A stretch of DNA of 64,000 bases from Mobula hypostoma (taxonomy: Eukaryota). The DNA is taken from positions 33,110,001 through 33,174,000 of the forward strand of contig NC_086097.1 of assembly GCF_963921235.1 (NCBI RefSeq), given 5' to 3'. A program made the translations under genes and the position numbers. Below the pieces are notes generated by a model. That model did no database searches. It saw only the letters and a list, made by a program, of their open reading frames with translations, and had not been told where the DNA came from. Numbering within the stretch: the first letter of the stretch is position 1; the number at the start of each line of letters is the position of its first letter. Shown here in pieces: positions 52,526 through 63,718 of this stretch.

Positions 52526-52824
52526 TTGGCGCATGGCCAAGTGGTTAAGGCGTTCGTCTAGTGATTTGAAGGTTGCTAGTTCGAGTCTTGGCTGAGGCTA
52601 CGTGCTTGTCCTTGAGCAAGGCACTTAACCACACATTGCTCTGTGACGACACTGGTGCCAAGCTGTATGGGTCCTAATAGGCCCTTGGACAACATCGGTG
52701 GCGTGGAGAGGGGAGACTTGCAGCATGGGCAACTGCTGGTCTTCCATACAACCTTGCCCAGGCCTGCGCCCTGGAAACTTTCAATGCAAATCCATGGTCT
52801 CATGAGACTAACGGATGCCTATGT
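52526..52824 (+). mobile_element. tRNA-derived SINE with CORE-like domain and 15-bp TSD
   Basis: A box tggccaagtgg, B box gttcgagtc, CORE-like tgtccttgagcaaggcacttaacc; TSD atacaaggcaatgtg (52511-52525) / atacaaggcaatatg (52825-52839). Confidence 0.85.
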
Positions 52825-52959
52825 ATACAAGGCAATATGCACCAAGTGAGGGAGTGGCCAAAGTTGCAGTATAACATTCTTAATTTGGAAGTTATTCACT
52901 TTGGTAGGGAAAACAGAGAATGATATTATTTAAATGGTAAGAAACTATTATTTAAGAGG

Positions 52960-53525
52960 GCAGCATGGCAGTGTCACAGTTGGTGCCATTGCTTTACAGC
53001 GCCAGCGACCACCTATCAGAGTTCGAATCCCACTCTGTCTGTAAGGAGTTTGTGTGATGTCCCCGTGACTGCATGTGTTTCCTTCGGATGCTCTAGTTTC
53101 TTCCTATTTTCTAAAGACATAACAGGTTAGCATTAAGCTTAGTGAATTGTGGGCATGACATGTTGTTACTGGAATCATGGCGATACGTGTGGGGTGCCCA
53201 GTAAAATCATCGTATGAATTGTTTTGGTGTTTGAAATAAATTGGCACATTTCACTGTATAGATCATAGAACGTAGAAAATCTACAGCACATTACAGGCGC
53301 TTTGGCCCACAATGTCATGCCACCCATGTAACCTACTCTAGAAGCTGCCTAGAATTTACCTGCCGCATAGCCCTCAATTTTTCAAAGCTCCATGTACCTG
53401 AGAGTCTCTTAAAAGATCATATTGTATCTGCTTTTACCACCTTCGCTGGCAATGCATTTCATGCACCCACCACTCTCTCTTTAAACATTTTGATGTAAAT
53501 GTGACGAATAAAGCTAACCTTGTTA
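52960..53525 (+). mobile_element. V-SINE-like element interrupted by a minus-strand CR1 3' end (~53263-53480)
   Basis: gttcgaatccc B box, V-domain body, tail gtgacgaataaagctaa resumes after the insert. Confidence 0.65.
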
Positions 53526-54453
53526 CTTAAATTGTGATGATTTAAAAAAACGGGCCGACATTCTACATCTGTTCATAAACAAGCATTCAGGTGCAGCAAG
53601 CAATTAAGAAGGCAGATGGTACTTTGGCCTTCATTGAACAAGGTTTTGAGTGGAGGAGCAATTAGAAATTGCCTTGAGTATTAGGTGAGTTTTTTAGTCT
53701 CCTTGCTTATCTCTCATGGAGATACTACAAGGAAGACTCACCAGTTGTGTCAAATTAGTCTGGTTTCATTAGAGTTCAAAAGAATGAGAGGGGATCTCCT
53801 TGAACCATAGACTGAGGAGTCACAGTCTCAGGATATGGTATAAGGCAGAGGTGAGGATATGTAGGTAGAAAATAAATTTCCAGACACACAAAGCATTGAG
53901 GACTTGGGAAGAGCATGGCAATCTGGTATTGGGATAGAGGATTAGCTGTGATTTTCTACTGAATGGCGTATGAGCTCAAAGGGCCAAATCCAGTCCTCAG
54001 TTGTTGTGAGTGAATCCCAGAAGAGGAACGTAGCACAATGAAATGTCAGCTTGCCTGAAGTTCAATGGTCAACACCTCTGGGGAAGTTAGTAAAGAATCT
54101 GCCCCCCCCCGATGTAAAATTGTGCATTTTCTGAATATATTCAGTGCCTCTTTATTAGGTACCCCCCCCCCCATACTTTTCTTCACTCACCTTAAAGTTA
54201 TGCCCATCTCATATTAACTATTGTCACCCTGGGGGTAAGCCTCTATCTATTCCTCTTATCACTTTATACACCTCTGTCATAAGATGTAGAGGATATCACC
54301 TCTCTTCCTCCTTTGCTAAAATGAGAAAAGCCCCAGTTTTGACATCCTCATAAAACATGCTCTCTAATCCAGGCAACATCCTGGCCATCTTCTCTGCACC
54401 CTTTCTAAAGCTTCCACATCCTTCCTATAATGAGATGACTAGAATCTCTTCAA

Positions 54454-54656
54454 GGCAACACTCACAACACGCTGGAGGAACTCAGCAGGCCGGGCAGCAT
54501 CCGTGGAAAAGATCGGTTGATGTTTCAGGCCGGAACCCTTTGTCAGGACCCGAAACGTCGACCGATCTTTTCCATGGATGCTGCTCGGCCTGCTGAGTTC
54601 CTCCAGCGTGTTGTAAGTGTTGCTTTGACCCCAGCATCTGCAGATTATTTTGTGTT
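54454..54656. mobile_element. Penelope-derived fold-back element (second subfamily) with CpG-decayed hammerhead motif on the minus strand
   Basis: 75-bp arms (54455-54529, 54549-54623); minus strand 54550-54515 GGTC-CTGACAA-A-GGGTTCCGGCCT-GAAAC-ATC-AACC; degenerate 14-bp TSD tagaatctcttcaa / tagagtttcttcga. Confidence 0.78.
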
Positions 54657-54707
54657 TAGAGTTTCTTCGAACTATGAATGTTGTTCCCTTTCACCTTTCT
54701 TTTCCAG

Positions 54708-54871
54708 CAATGGTGTGACACAAAGCAGCCACAGCCACCGTAGACGGGAGGTTCTCCAAATGGAGTGTCAGAAGCATCTGCAGCAATATGAGAGGAAACT
54801 TCTGTCCCTGGAAGCAAGGAGACGGAAGCAGTACCGAGTGACTTTGCAAATGTCCAAGGATAAAGACTCAG
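54708..54871 (+). CDS. TTLL5: TTLL5 exon, phase 2 to 1: NGVTQSS...HLQQYERKLLSLEARRRKQYRVTLQMSKDKDS
   Basis: Long pyrimidine tract ending tttccag, donor gtcagt; 164 nt; YERKLLSLE motif as in TTLL5. Confidence 0.92.
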
Positions 54872-55344
54872 GTCAGTCTTCCAACAAAAAATTCCAATGA
54901 ATCTCAATTTGTCTTCCTATAAGCTCCAACAAGCAAAATGCTGCAATGTACTGCCTCTTAAACATTCTAGTCTGATCGAGTTTATTGTTATGTGCACAAG
55001 TATGGTGAGGTACAGGTATAATGAAAATAGCAGCATCACAGGCACTCAAGGTATAGACAACAAACAGAATACAAATTTATACAATACATTAACTATACAT
55101 TAAATTATACAATACTTTTCTGCACTGATTTTGCTTTTGCACAAATACACAACGGAAAACATTCATGGTATTGCACAAAGTAGTACAATAACAAGAATAC
55201 CAAAATTCAGGAGCAAGAGTTGGCCTTTAGCCCCAACATTCAATATTGCTATTCACCATGATCAAGATGGGTCTTAAAGAAAAAAAAACTTTATTTGTCA
55301 TGTGTGCATCTAAACATCAAAACATACAGTGAAACATCCACCAG

Positions 55345-56595
55345 TGTTCCGGTACCTATAAAGACCATGTCTGAATGACTGCTGTCCTGTCACACTCACC
55401 TCAATAATAAGCAAATGCTTTGAGAGGCTGGTCAAGGACTACATCTGCAGCATACTACCACCCAAACTGGACCCCCTACAATTCGCCTACTGACACAACC
55501 GATCGACAGAGGGATGCTTATGTGAGAATGCTGTTCTTGGACTACAGTTCAGCATTCAACACCATAATTCCCTCCAGGCTCGACAAAAAGTTCAGAGACC
55601 TTGGCCTTCACCCTGCCTTGTGTAGCTGGATCCTGGACTTTCTGTCAGATCACTGGCAGGTGGTAAGAGTGGGCTCCCTCACCTCTCTCCCTCTGACCCT
55701 CAACACAGGTGCCCCTCAGGGCTGTGTACTAAACCCCCTTCTTTACTTTCTGTATACCCATGACTGTGTTGACACCCACAGCTCCAATCTGCTAATCAAA
55801 TTTTCTGATGACACTACGCTGATTGGCCTAATTTCAAATAATAATGAGGCAGCCTACAGAGAAGAAAACAGCCTCTCCCTCAATGTTGCAAAAACAAAGG
55901 AGCTCGTTGTGGACTACAGGAGGAATGGAGACAGGCTAGCATATTGACATCAATGGATTTGGGGTTGAGAAGGTGAACAACTTTAAGTTCCTCAGCATCC
56001 ACATCACAGAGTATCTCGTGTGGTCTCTACATACCAACTGTGTGGTGAAAAAAGCACAACAGTGCCTCTTTCATCTCAGACGGTTGAAGAAGTTTGGTAT
56101 GGGCCTCCAAATCCTAAGAACTTTCTTTAGGGGCACAACTGAGAGCATCCCAACTGGCTGCATCACTGCCTGGTATGGGAACTGCACTTCCCTCAAACAC
56201 AGAACTCTGCAGAGAGCCCAGCACATCTGTCGATGTGAACTTCCCACTATTCAGGGCATTTACAAGGACAGTTGTGTAAAAAGGGCCCGAAGGATCATTG
56301 GGGACCCAAGTGACCCCAACACAAACTGTTCCAGCTGCTACCATCCAGTAAACGGTACCACAGCATAAAAGCCGGGACCAACAGGCTCCGGGACAGCTTC
56401 TTCCACCAGGCCATCAGCTTGCTTAGTTTATGCTGATGCAACTGTATTTCTGTGTTATATTGACTGTCCTGCTGAACATAATATTTATTATAAATTACTA
56501 TAAATTGTACATTGCACATTTAGATAGAGATGTAACGTAAAGGTTTTTACTCCTTGTGTATATGAAGCATGTAAGTAATAAAGTCAATTCAATTT
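55345..56595 (+). mobile_element. Rex1/Babar-like LINE RT and 3' end, inserted in a minus-strand V-SINE (~55290-55340 and ~56600-56852)
   Basis: [43 protein letters not shown]; tail aataaagtcaattcaatt. Confidence 0.85.
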
Positions 56596-57109
56596 GTTTC
56601 AATTCATCAAAACAAATCAGCGAGGATGTGTTGGGGGCAGCCTGCAAGTGTTCCCATGCTTACATGCCAATAAAGCATGCCCACAAATAGCTAATCTTAA
56701 CCTGTGTGTCTTTGGAATGTGTGAGGAAGCCAGAGCATCTGGATATAACATATGCAGTCACAAGGAGAATATACAAACCCCTTATAGCTGGAATTGAACC
56801 CCAGTCTTACAGCTGGCACTGTAAAGCATTACGCTTGCCATGAGGCTACCGTAGTCTTGTTTCTTCTCCATCTTCCTGCCTTATCCTCTTAGCCTTTGAT
56901 TTCTTTGGTGTCCATAAATCGGTTCATCCTGGTCTTGAATACATTGTTGTCAGTGGACATTTGTAGCCTCTGAGGTCAGATGTTCTGAAAAACTAGAATA
57001 CTCAAATGGAGAAACCTTCTGTCATCTCAGAACAGAAAGAATGGCACAAGACACATTGTTATAATGTCTGGGGTCTCATTGGTGTCCATTTGAATAAGGA
57101 AAACAGGCT

Positions 57110-59650
57110 TTGAACTTGACAGCAGAGTACAAGGTTAGTGGCAAAATTCATTGCTATGTGGAGAGCCGGGGCAGTTTGTGGTTCACATCCACAGATCTTA
57201 CAATGTTGCTGCACAATTTGTTAGGGTGGTTAAGAAGGCGTATGGTATGCTCCTCTTCATTTGTTGGGGAATTGAGTTCAAAAGCCGCCAGGTAATGTTG
57301 TAGCTCTATAAGACCCTGGTTAGTCCATTCTTGGACTATTTTGTTCAGTTTTGTTTGTCTCATTACAGGAAGGATGTGGAAACTTTAAAGAGGGTGCAGA
57401 AGAGATTTACGAGAATGCTGGCTGGATTTGAGAGCAAACTAGGGTTTTTCTCTTTGGAACAAAGAAGGACGAGAAGTGACTTGTGAACCTCCTTTGGTCA
57501 TTCTCCAGGGTCAGCACATCTTTCTTTAGATTGCCCAAAATTGGTCACATGCCGTCTGACCAATACCTCAGCATTACATCCTTGCTTTTTATATTTTAGC
57601 CCTCTTGAAATGAATGCTTACATGCTAATTGACTCAACCTGGAAGCTGATCTTTAGGGAATCCTGCACTAGAACCCCTGAGTCCCTTTGTACTTCTGATT
57701 TCTGAATATTTAGAAAACAGTCCCCAAAAGAAAATAGTGTTGGCCAGATAGAACTAAAATCTACAGATCAGTGAACAAAAATGAGGCAAGGACAGTGGAA
57801 ACATTGCAAGAACAAAGTCTTTGTTCTTGCAATGTGGTTGTAGGAATGGAGGTAGCCATTTTGTGAAACTGTCCTTGCAGCTGCCATTTTGTGAGCTGTT
57901 TGGTGAACAGGTTCAGGGATAACCTATCAGAGCAACTGAACATGAACACAATGTTTTCTGTTGATGATCTGATAAACCTGATTTCCGATTAAAAAGCTCT
58001 TTATTATGCAAAATGCAGGCTTGCCAAAGGAACAAGCTGTTATCTGGTCGGCTGGGGTCAGTGTTAGGGTGACCTACGTGAACTGGTTTGAACCAGCCTG
58101 CGTTGGGAAGAACAAAAGGAATTACCTAAAACACAAGACTGTAGAGAAAGCCATAAAGCAATATTGCTTGTAGCCTTGGGCCACTTCTAATCAGAAGCTG
58201 GCACAGATCAGTCATGATCTTGAGCCAACAAAATTGAAACATCATAGGAAAAAATAAATAAATAAATAAGAATGGAGGATTTCAGGAGCATTTACAGTCG
58301 CAGAAGTGGATGACCCCATGTCAGAAACTTGGAGACTACTTCAGTATCAAGAGGAACACCTGACCAATATAGACTCCTTTTCCCCAGTATTTCCTTTTCT
58401 CTTCTTTGACTGTTCAAGGAGTTTCAAGGAAACATAGTTGATGTGCATGCAAGTATTTAGTTGTGTAAATTCACGTGTTTGTGAACTGAGCCAGCAAACG
58501 TACTTGTCAGAAGTTACGGATTCTCTCTGTGCCGAGCTGATCATTACTATTGAGGGAAAGGGCTTGTAACAAAAGCTTACACCTTTATTCCTCCTTCCAA
58601 AGTGCATAACCAGGCACTTACTGATATTGTATTCCATCTATCACATCTTTGTCCACTCTCCCAGCCTAGCCAAGTCCTCTGCAGACTACCTGCCTCTTCC
58701 AAACTACTTATTCCTCCAGCTTTCTGAAGCCATTTGTTCCTCCACCCAGATCATTAACGTCTACAGGGAAAAGTTGCAGTCTCAACACTGACACCTGTGG
58801 AACTCTACTAGTCACCAGCATCAACCCCACTCTGATTTTTTTCATTCAGCCAATTTTCCATCCATGCAAGCACCTTGCCTCCAGTACTATGCTCCAACCT
58901 TGTTTAGTAGCCTCATCTGGTACCCCTTATCAAAGGCCTTCTGAAATCCAAGTAAACAACATCCACTGACCCGCCTTTGTCTACCTGCTTGCTACCTCCT
59001 AAAAGAGAAAATTTACAGTGATGTTGCTGGGAATTGAGAACCCAAATTATAAGGAAAGGTTGAATAGGTTTGACTTTATTCACTGGAACGTAGGAGGATG
59101 AGGGAAGATCTTATAGAGGTTTACAGACTTATGCATGCAGGCTTTTTTTCCACTGAAGTTGTGTGAAGCTAGAATTAAAAGTTGCAGGATAAGGGTAAAA
59201 GGTGAAATGTTTAAGGGGAACCTAAGAGGGTACTTCACTCAGAGGGTGGTGAGGGTGTGGAATGAGTTGTCAGCGAAGAGGGTGGATGTGGGTTGAATTA
59301 TATAACATTTAAGAGAAACTTGGATAGGTACCTAGATGAGCAGGATATGGAAGGCAATGGTCTGGCTGCAGGTGGTTGTGATGAGACAGAAGCCCAAGCC
59401 TTTACATACTTTATAGTGCTTGGACTAAAGAATTCCAACAGATTAGTGAGGTAATTTCTCCCCTTAATGAAATCATGCTGACCTCACTCTCCCAGATATT
59501 CCAAAATGTCATCCATAATAATGAACTCTAAAATCTTACTGACCATTGAGGTCAGACTAACCAGCCTCTGTCTTTTGTCTCTCTCTCTCTCTCTCTCTCT
59601 TTTCATAAACAGGAATGTAATTTTTGTATTTTTTCTAATCCTCTGCATTC
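57110..59650. mobile_element. Cluster of degenerate CR1 fragments (plus ~57110-57485 and ~59000-59420; minus ~57485-57737, ~58576-59000, ~59430-59650)
   Basis: Homology to CR1 RT C-terminal regions elsewhere in the window. Confidence 0.65.
57738..58571. mobile_element. Putative solo LTR inserted in a minus-strand CR1
   Basis: TGTT...AACA termini; flanks atag / aaag (3 of 4 match); CR1 sequence is contiguous on either side. Confidence 0.45.
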
Positions 59651-60119
59651 TGTAATTGCTTTTTCCTTTTTAGAATCAGAATCAGGTTTAATAGATAGGT
59701 AGATACTTTATTGATTCCACAGGAAATTACAGTGTCACAGTAGCATTACAAGTGCACAGATACAAAAATATTAGAAGAGAAGTAAGAAGAAAAAAAAATA
59801 AGTTGCCTCAAACAGTCTAACAGGATGGGGTCTAATGACCGAGAGTAAGAAGGACCTCATATTGTCACGGTCCAGTCTGTTGACTCCTCATTTCAGTTAA
59901 TTTCCTTTTCCCCGTGTTCTACCGGGCTCCTTGATTAGGGCACCTGATCCTCATCCGAACCGGCAGCATAAAAAGGCTGGTTTAGATCTACTCAGTGCTG
60001 GACTGTCACACCGCAGCCAGTGAGGCAATGCATGTTCCGGGCCGCCGAGAATGGTGGATTCTAAGTGGCTTCGGTGCCTGGGGCTGCTTCGGGAATTCTG
60101 TTTCTTCATGTTCAACCAA

Positions 60120-60530
60120 GTGATTGCTGGCCGTTTGCCGCTTCATGTGCTACCTCATGTCAGGATACGAATTGTCTGTCCTTGTTTGGTTTTGTCGTCT
60201 CGTGTCCAGCTGAGGATTGCTGGCCATTTGCTGCTCCTCGGAGCCAAGATATGAGTTGTCTGTCGTCATTGGGTTTTGTCGTCTCGAGTCCAGCTGAGGA
60301 TTGCAGGCCGTTTGCCGCTACTCCGAGCCAAGATACGAATTGACTGTCGTTGTTGGGTTTTGTCGTCTCATGTCCAGCTGAGGATTTTCCCCTCCTCCAA
60401 GCCAAGATACAAATTGGCTGTTGTTGTTGGGTTTTGTTGTCTCGTGTCCAGCAGAGTTCTGCAGGCCATTTGCCGCTGCTCTGAGCCAAGATACGAATTG
60501 TCTGTCTTTGTTTGGTTTTGTTGTCCTGCG
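60120..60530 (+). repeat. About 5 copies of an 84-bp tandem repeat inside the solo LTR
   Basis: gata(c/t)(g/a)a(a/g)ttg anchors at 60164, 60248, 60332, 60406 and 60490 (one unit 74 bp). Confidence 0.9.
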
Positions 60531-60795
60531 TCCAAGTCCAGGCTCCATGTCCAAGTCAAGTCTGAGTCCAGCCCCTGTGTCCAAGTCAAGTCCAAGTCCA
60601 GGCTCTGTGTCCAGGTCAGGTCTGAGTCCAGGCTCCGTGTCCAGGTCAAGTCCGAGTCCAGGCTCCGTGTCCAAATCAAGTCCGAGTCCAGGCTCCGTAT
60701 CCAAGTCCTAGTCCAGGTTCTGCGTCCGCATCCGAGTCCAAGTCCAGGTTCCGCGTCTGAGTTCAGGCTCCGTGACCAAGTCCAAGTCCAGGTTC
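60530..60795 (+). repeat. 30-bp minisatellite built from gtcca(a/g) subunits
   Basis: gtccgagtccaggctccgtgtccaggtcaa-like unit repeated about 5-6 times, then decaying. Confidence 0.9.
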
Positions 60796-61199
60796 CTCTG
60801 GTTTGTTGTCCAATGTTTACGTCCATGTAAGCGTCTAATCCTCGCTCTCTGGCCTTCCTGGCAACTATTACTAAAATACACTTCTGTTAATGTTACCCCC
60901 GTGTCTGTGTCCTGCACTTGGGTCCGCTCCCCACGCCCCTTTGTGACACATATGGCATTTTCGAGCAGCGCAGTTGTCTTAGTCTATACTAAAAGTGCTC
61001 CTCTGTTCAGCCAAGGTGGCATGCAGAGGGTGAGAAACATTGTCCAGATTTGCCAAGATTTTCTGTAGGGTCCTTTGTTCTTCCACAGCCTCCAGTGTGT
61101 CTAGTTTGACTCCTATTACAGAGCCAGCCTTTCTAATCAGTTTGTTGAGCCTGTTGGGATCACCCATTTTAATGCTATTGCCCCAGCACACCGCAGCAG

Positions 61200-61725
61200 A
61201 TGTCGTGAAATTTGTTGTTTTGTGGCAGCAGTACAGTGCATACATAAAAATCACTATAGATTATAATAGGGATATATATGAAAATAAATAAATAGTGCTA
61301 AAAGAGAGCAAAATATTGAGGTAGTGTTCATGAGTTCATGGACCATTCAGAAATCAGGTGGTAGAAGGGAAGAAACCGTTCCTAAAAGGTTGAGTGTTGA
61401 GTCTTAAGCTTCTGCACCTCCTTAGTAATCAGAAGGGGGCATGTCTGAGATGGTGACAGCCCTTCATGATGGATACCGCTTTCTTGAGGCATCACTTTTT
61501 GAAGATATCTTCGGTGGTAGTGGTGGTGGTGGAGTGGCGGGGAGGCTAGTGCCCCATAATGGAGCTAGTTGAGCCTACAATCTTCTGCAGCTTTTTCTGA
61601 TCCTGTACATTGGCATCTCCATACTAGATGGTGATGTAACTAGTCAGAGTACTCTCTATGGTATATTTGTAGTAATTTGCTAGAGCCTTTGGTGACCGAC
61701 TAAATTTCCTCAAACTCTGATGAAC
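61200..61725 (-). mobile_element. Rex1-like LINE 3' fragment of the same family as 3160-3860
   Basis: Shares ttttgtggcagcagtacagtgca and ttgaggcatc..ttttgaagat blocks with 3200-3530. Confidence 0.7.
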
Positions 61726-61831
61726 CTTATGTACGGCATGATCTGTCTGGATGGCACACAAACAAGTTTTCGCTGAATCTCGGTACATGTGACTGTAATA
61801 AACCAATCACCATTACTTTCTGCAATCCAAG

Positions 61832-62165
61832 GATCTTCACACGCGGTTCCAGTTGCTTCATCATGTGGCTCAGAGTGTGATGCTGGGGAGGAGGATGAGG
61901 ATGAGGAGGAGGAGGAAGCTGTGATTGAGGAGGAAGAATGTGAAGCAGCAGTTTCTTCACTTGTTCGCAATCCAAAAGGTTTGGAGAAGGCACCGATGTC
62001 ACAAAAAATCAATGATGAAAAGCAGCAGAGAGCTCCGAGGCAGGAGGTAGTTACCGACCGATTACTTAGCAGTGGCCAGGCATGGACACAGACCAAAGAG
62101 GACCAAAGCAAGGATAAAGCCAGGGTCAACCTTCTCGAGATTCTACAGCAAGGGGGCAATCTAAG
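61832..62165 (+). CDS. TTLL5: TTLL5 exon, phase 1 to 2, with acidic tract EEDEDEEEEEAVIEEEECE, ending VNLLEILQQGGNL(S)
   Basis: ccaag acceptor, gttggt donor; 334 nt; end resembles recalled FNLMQILQDNGNLS. The acceptor is less certain than the donor. Confidence 0.85.
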
Positions 62166-62282
62166 GTTGGTACTTCTAATGTGTGAATTTATTTATCCTA
62201 AAAACAGTCCAACAACAAGATATGAACACCTGGTGGTGCATTTGAAACTACTGATATGCTGTTCTGTCATCTGTTTCCACAG

Positions 62283-62403
62283 CAAGGTGCAGGCTCGCTT
62301 AGCCTTTGCTGCCTACCTGCACCGGGTACAGCTTCGCCTGCTGAGGGAGTGCTGTGGCCAAAATAAAATCACCATGCATACAGACCAGGATGAAGAGCAG
62401 ATG
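62283..62403 (+). CDS. TTLL5: TTLL5 exon, phase 2 to 0: (S)KVQARLAFAAYLHRVQLRLLRECCGQNKITMHTDQDEEQM
   Basis: tttccacag acceptor, gtaaat donor; 121 nt; matches recalled [20 protein letters not shown]...EDEQM. Confidence 0.94.
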
Positions 62404-62729
62404 GTAAATGAGCAGTATACTGGTAGTGGACAGAGACTGTGGTTAATGAGCAGGAATCCACCAAAGAAACTGGGGAACACTTCCTTACTTCATACCCTGA
62501 GCCATAGGAAACATTTCCTGTGTGTGGTGGAACTCCTTCATCCTTACAACACCGTGATTAAATGTGGGCTGATTGTCTAGAGACTTCTACTGTTGATCCA
62601 AATACATGAGTTAAAATCCCACCACAGCAGCTAGAGAATGTATGTTCAAGAACAAAATGTGGAATTAAAAAGACCATAAATATTTTGTGACCATAAAACT
62701 ATTAGATATTTTTAAAGGAAAAAAGATTT

Positions 62730-62990
62730 AAGGTTAGCTTTATTTGTCATGTGTGCATCGAAATATTGAAATGCGTCATTTGTGTCAATGACCAACACAG
62801 TCCAAGGATGTGCTGGGGGCAGCCCGCAAGTGTCACCACATGTTCCGGCGCCAACGTAGCATGTCCGCAACTCACTAACCAATATGTCTTTGGAATGTGG
62901 GAGGAAACCACAGCACCTGGAGGAAACCCATGTGGGCAAGGGAAGAACGTACATACTCCTTACGGACAGTGGCAGGAATTGAACCCTAAT
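62730..62990 (-). mobile_element. V-SINE-like element
   Basis: Reverse-complement homolog of 2091-2384. Confidence 0.75.
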
Positions 62991-63571
62991 TGTCATATAA
63001 ACATGACTGGTTCATAGGACAGGAAATCTGCCAACTTTAGTTTGTCTGTCCTATTTGTGATTCCTCATAACTGTTCTGTCAAATGACTTCCCATTTTGGG
63101 AGTAATTAGAGATGGGCACTAAATGCTAATCTTGCTCAAGATGTAGATGTGGCCTGAACAAATTAAACGCTACACACAGGACTGGATTGTTGAACCTGAT
63201 CTCTAGGGTGCAGTGCTAGATTAGGTAATGTGATAGCAAGTATTGTCTGTAGTGGAAATGGATCTTCAAATTATTGCTGACACTTTCTGTGCTATTTCTG
63301 CTTTATTCCCTGTAACTGCTGTCTGTTCAACAATCTCCTCTGTTGCTGAGGGTATTCTGTGACAAAATATGCAAGCAATATTCTCTACTGATTCTCGTTA
63401 GCCTTAGGTTAGTGATGCAGTGGTAGAACTGAAGCAGTGTTTGGAGAATTGATATTGACAGTAAGATAAGATGGCGAGTATTCCCCAGGGCGGTGGGCAG
63501 AAAGGGGTGTCTGGAATGTTATCATTGAACCCTGACTGCAAGTGACAGCCCCTTGTCTGTTTCCCTTACAG

Positions 63572-63718
63572 GAGCTGGTGATCAGATTCCTGAAGCGAGC
63601 AGCCAGCAACTTTCAGCAAACTGTGCCGATGGCCCTACCCAGCAGCCAACTCCCAGTTTCTGAACGGAGATGCATTCTGGCTCAGCAGTTAGGGCTCTTT
63701 ATCCATTGCTATAGTAAG
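63572..63718 (+). CDS. TTLL5: TTLL5 exon, phase 0 to 0: [49 protein letters not shown]
   Basis: ttcccttacag acceptor, gtgagg donor; 147 nt; matches recalled ELVVRFLKRASNNLQ...ERRRILAHQLGDFIIVYNK. Confidence 0.94.

Larger units (their letters stand above)
59863..60948 (+). mobile_element. Solo LTR (1086 bp) with a 5-bp TSD, inserted in a minus-strand Rex1-like fragment
   Basis: TGTCAC...GTGACA termini; TSD catat (59858-59862, 60949-60953); TATA-like cataaaaagg near 59967; orientation inferred. Confidence 0.85.

Noticed and set aside
52526..52600. tRNA gene
   Set aside because: A and B boxes are present but there is no convincing cloverleaf; it continues into a SINE body and is TSD-flanked.
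60120..60795. CRISPR-like array
   Set aside because: Head-to-tail tandem units without unique spacers, no cas genes, eukaryotic context.
60051..60830. Repetitive ORFs (DTEPGLGLDL, VQVKSESRLR, SPSPGSVS) as novel proteins
   Set aside because: They arise from 84-bp and 30-bp tandem units inside an LTR and are open in several frames on both strands.
61789..62580. 263-aa ORF as a single-exon gene
   Set aside because: It is two TTLL5 exons plus an in-frame intron and flanking intron read-through.
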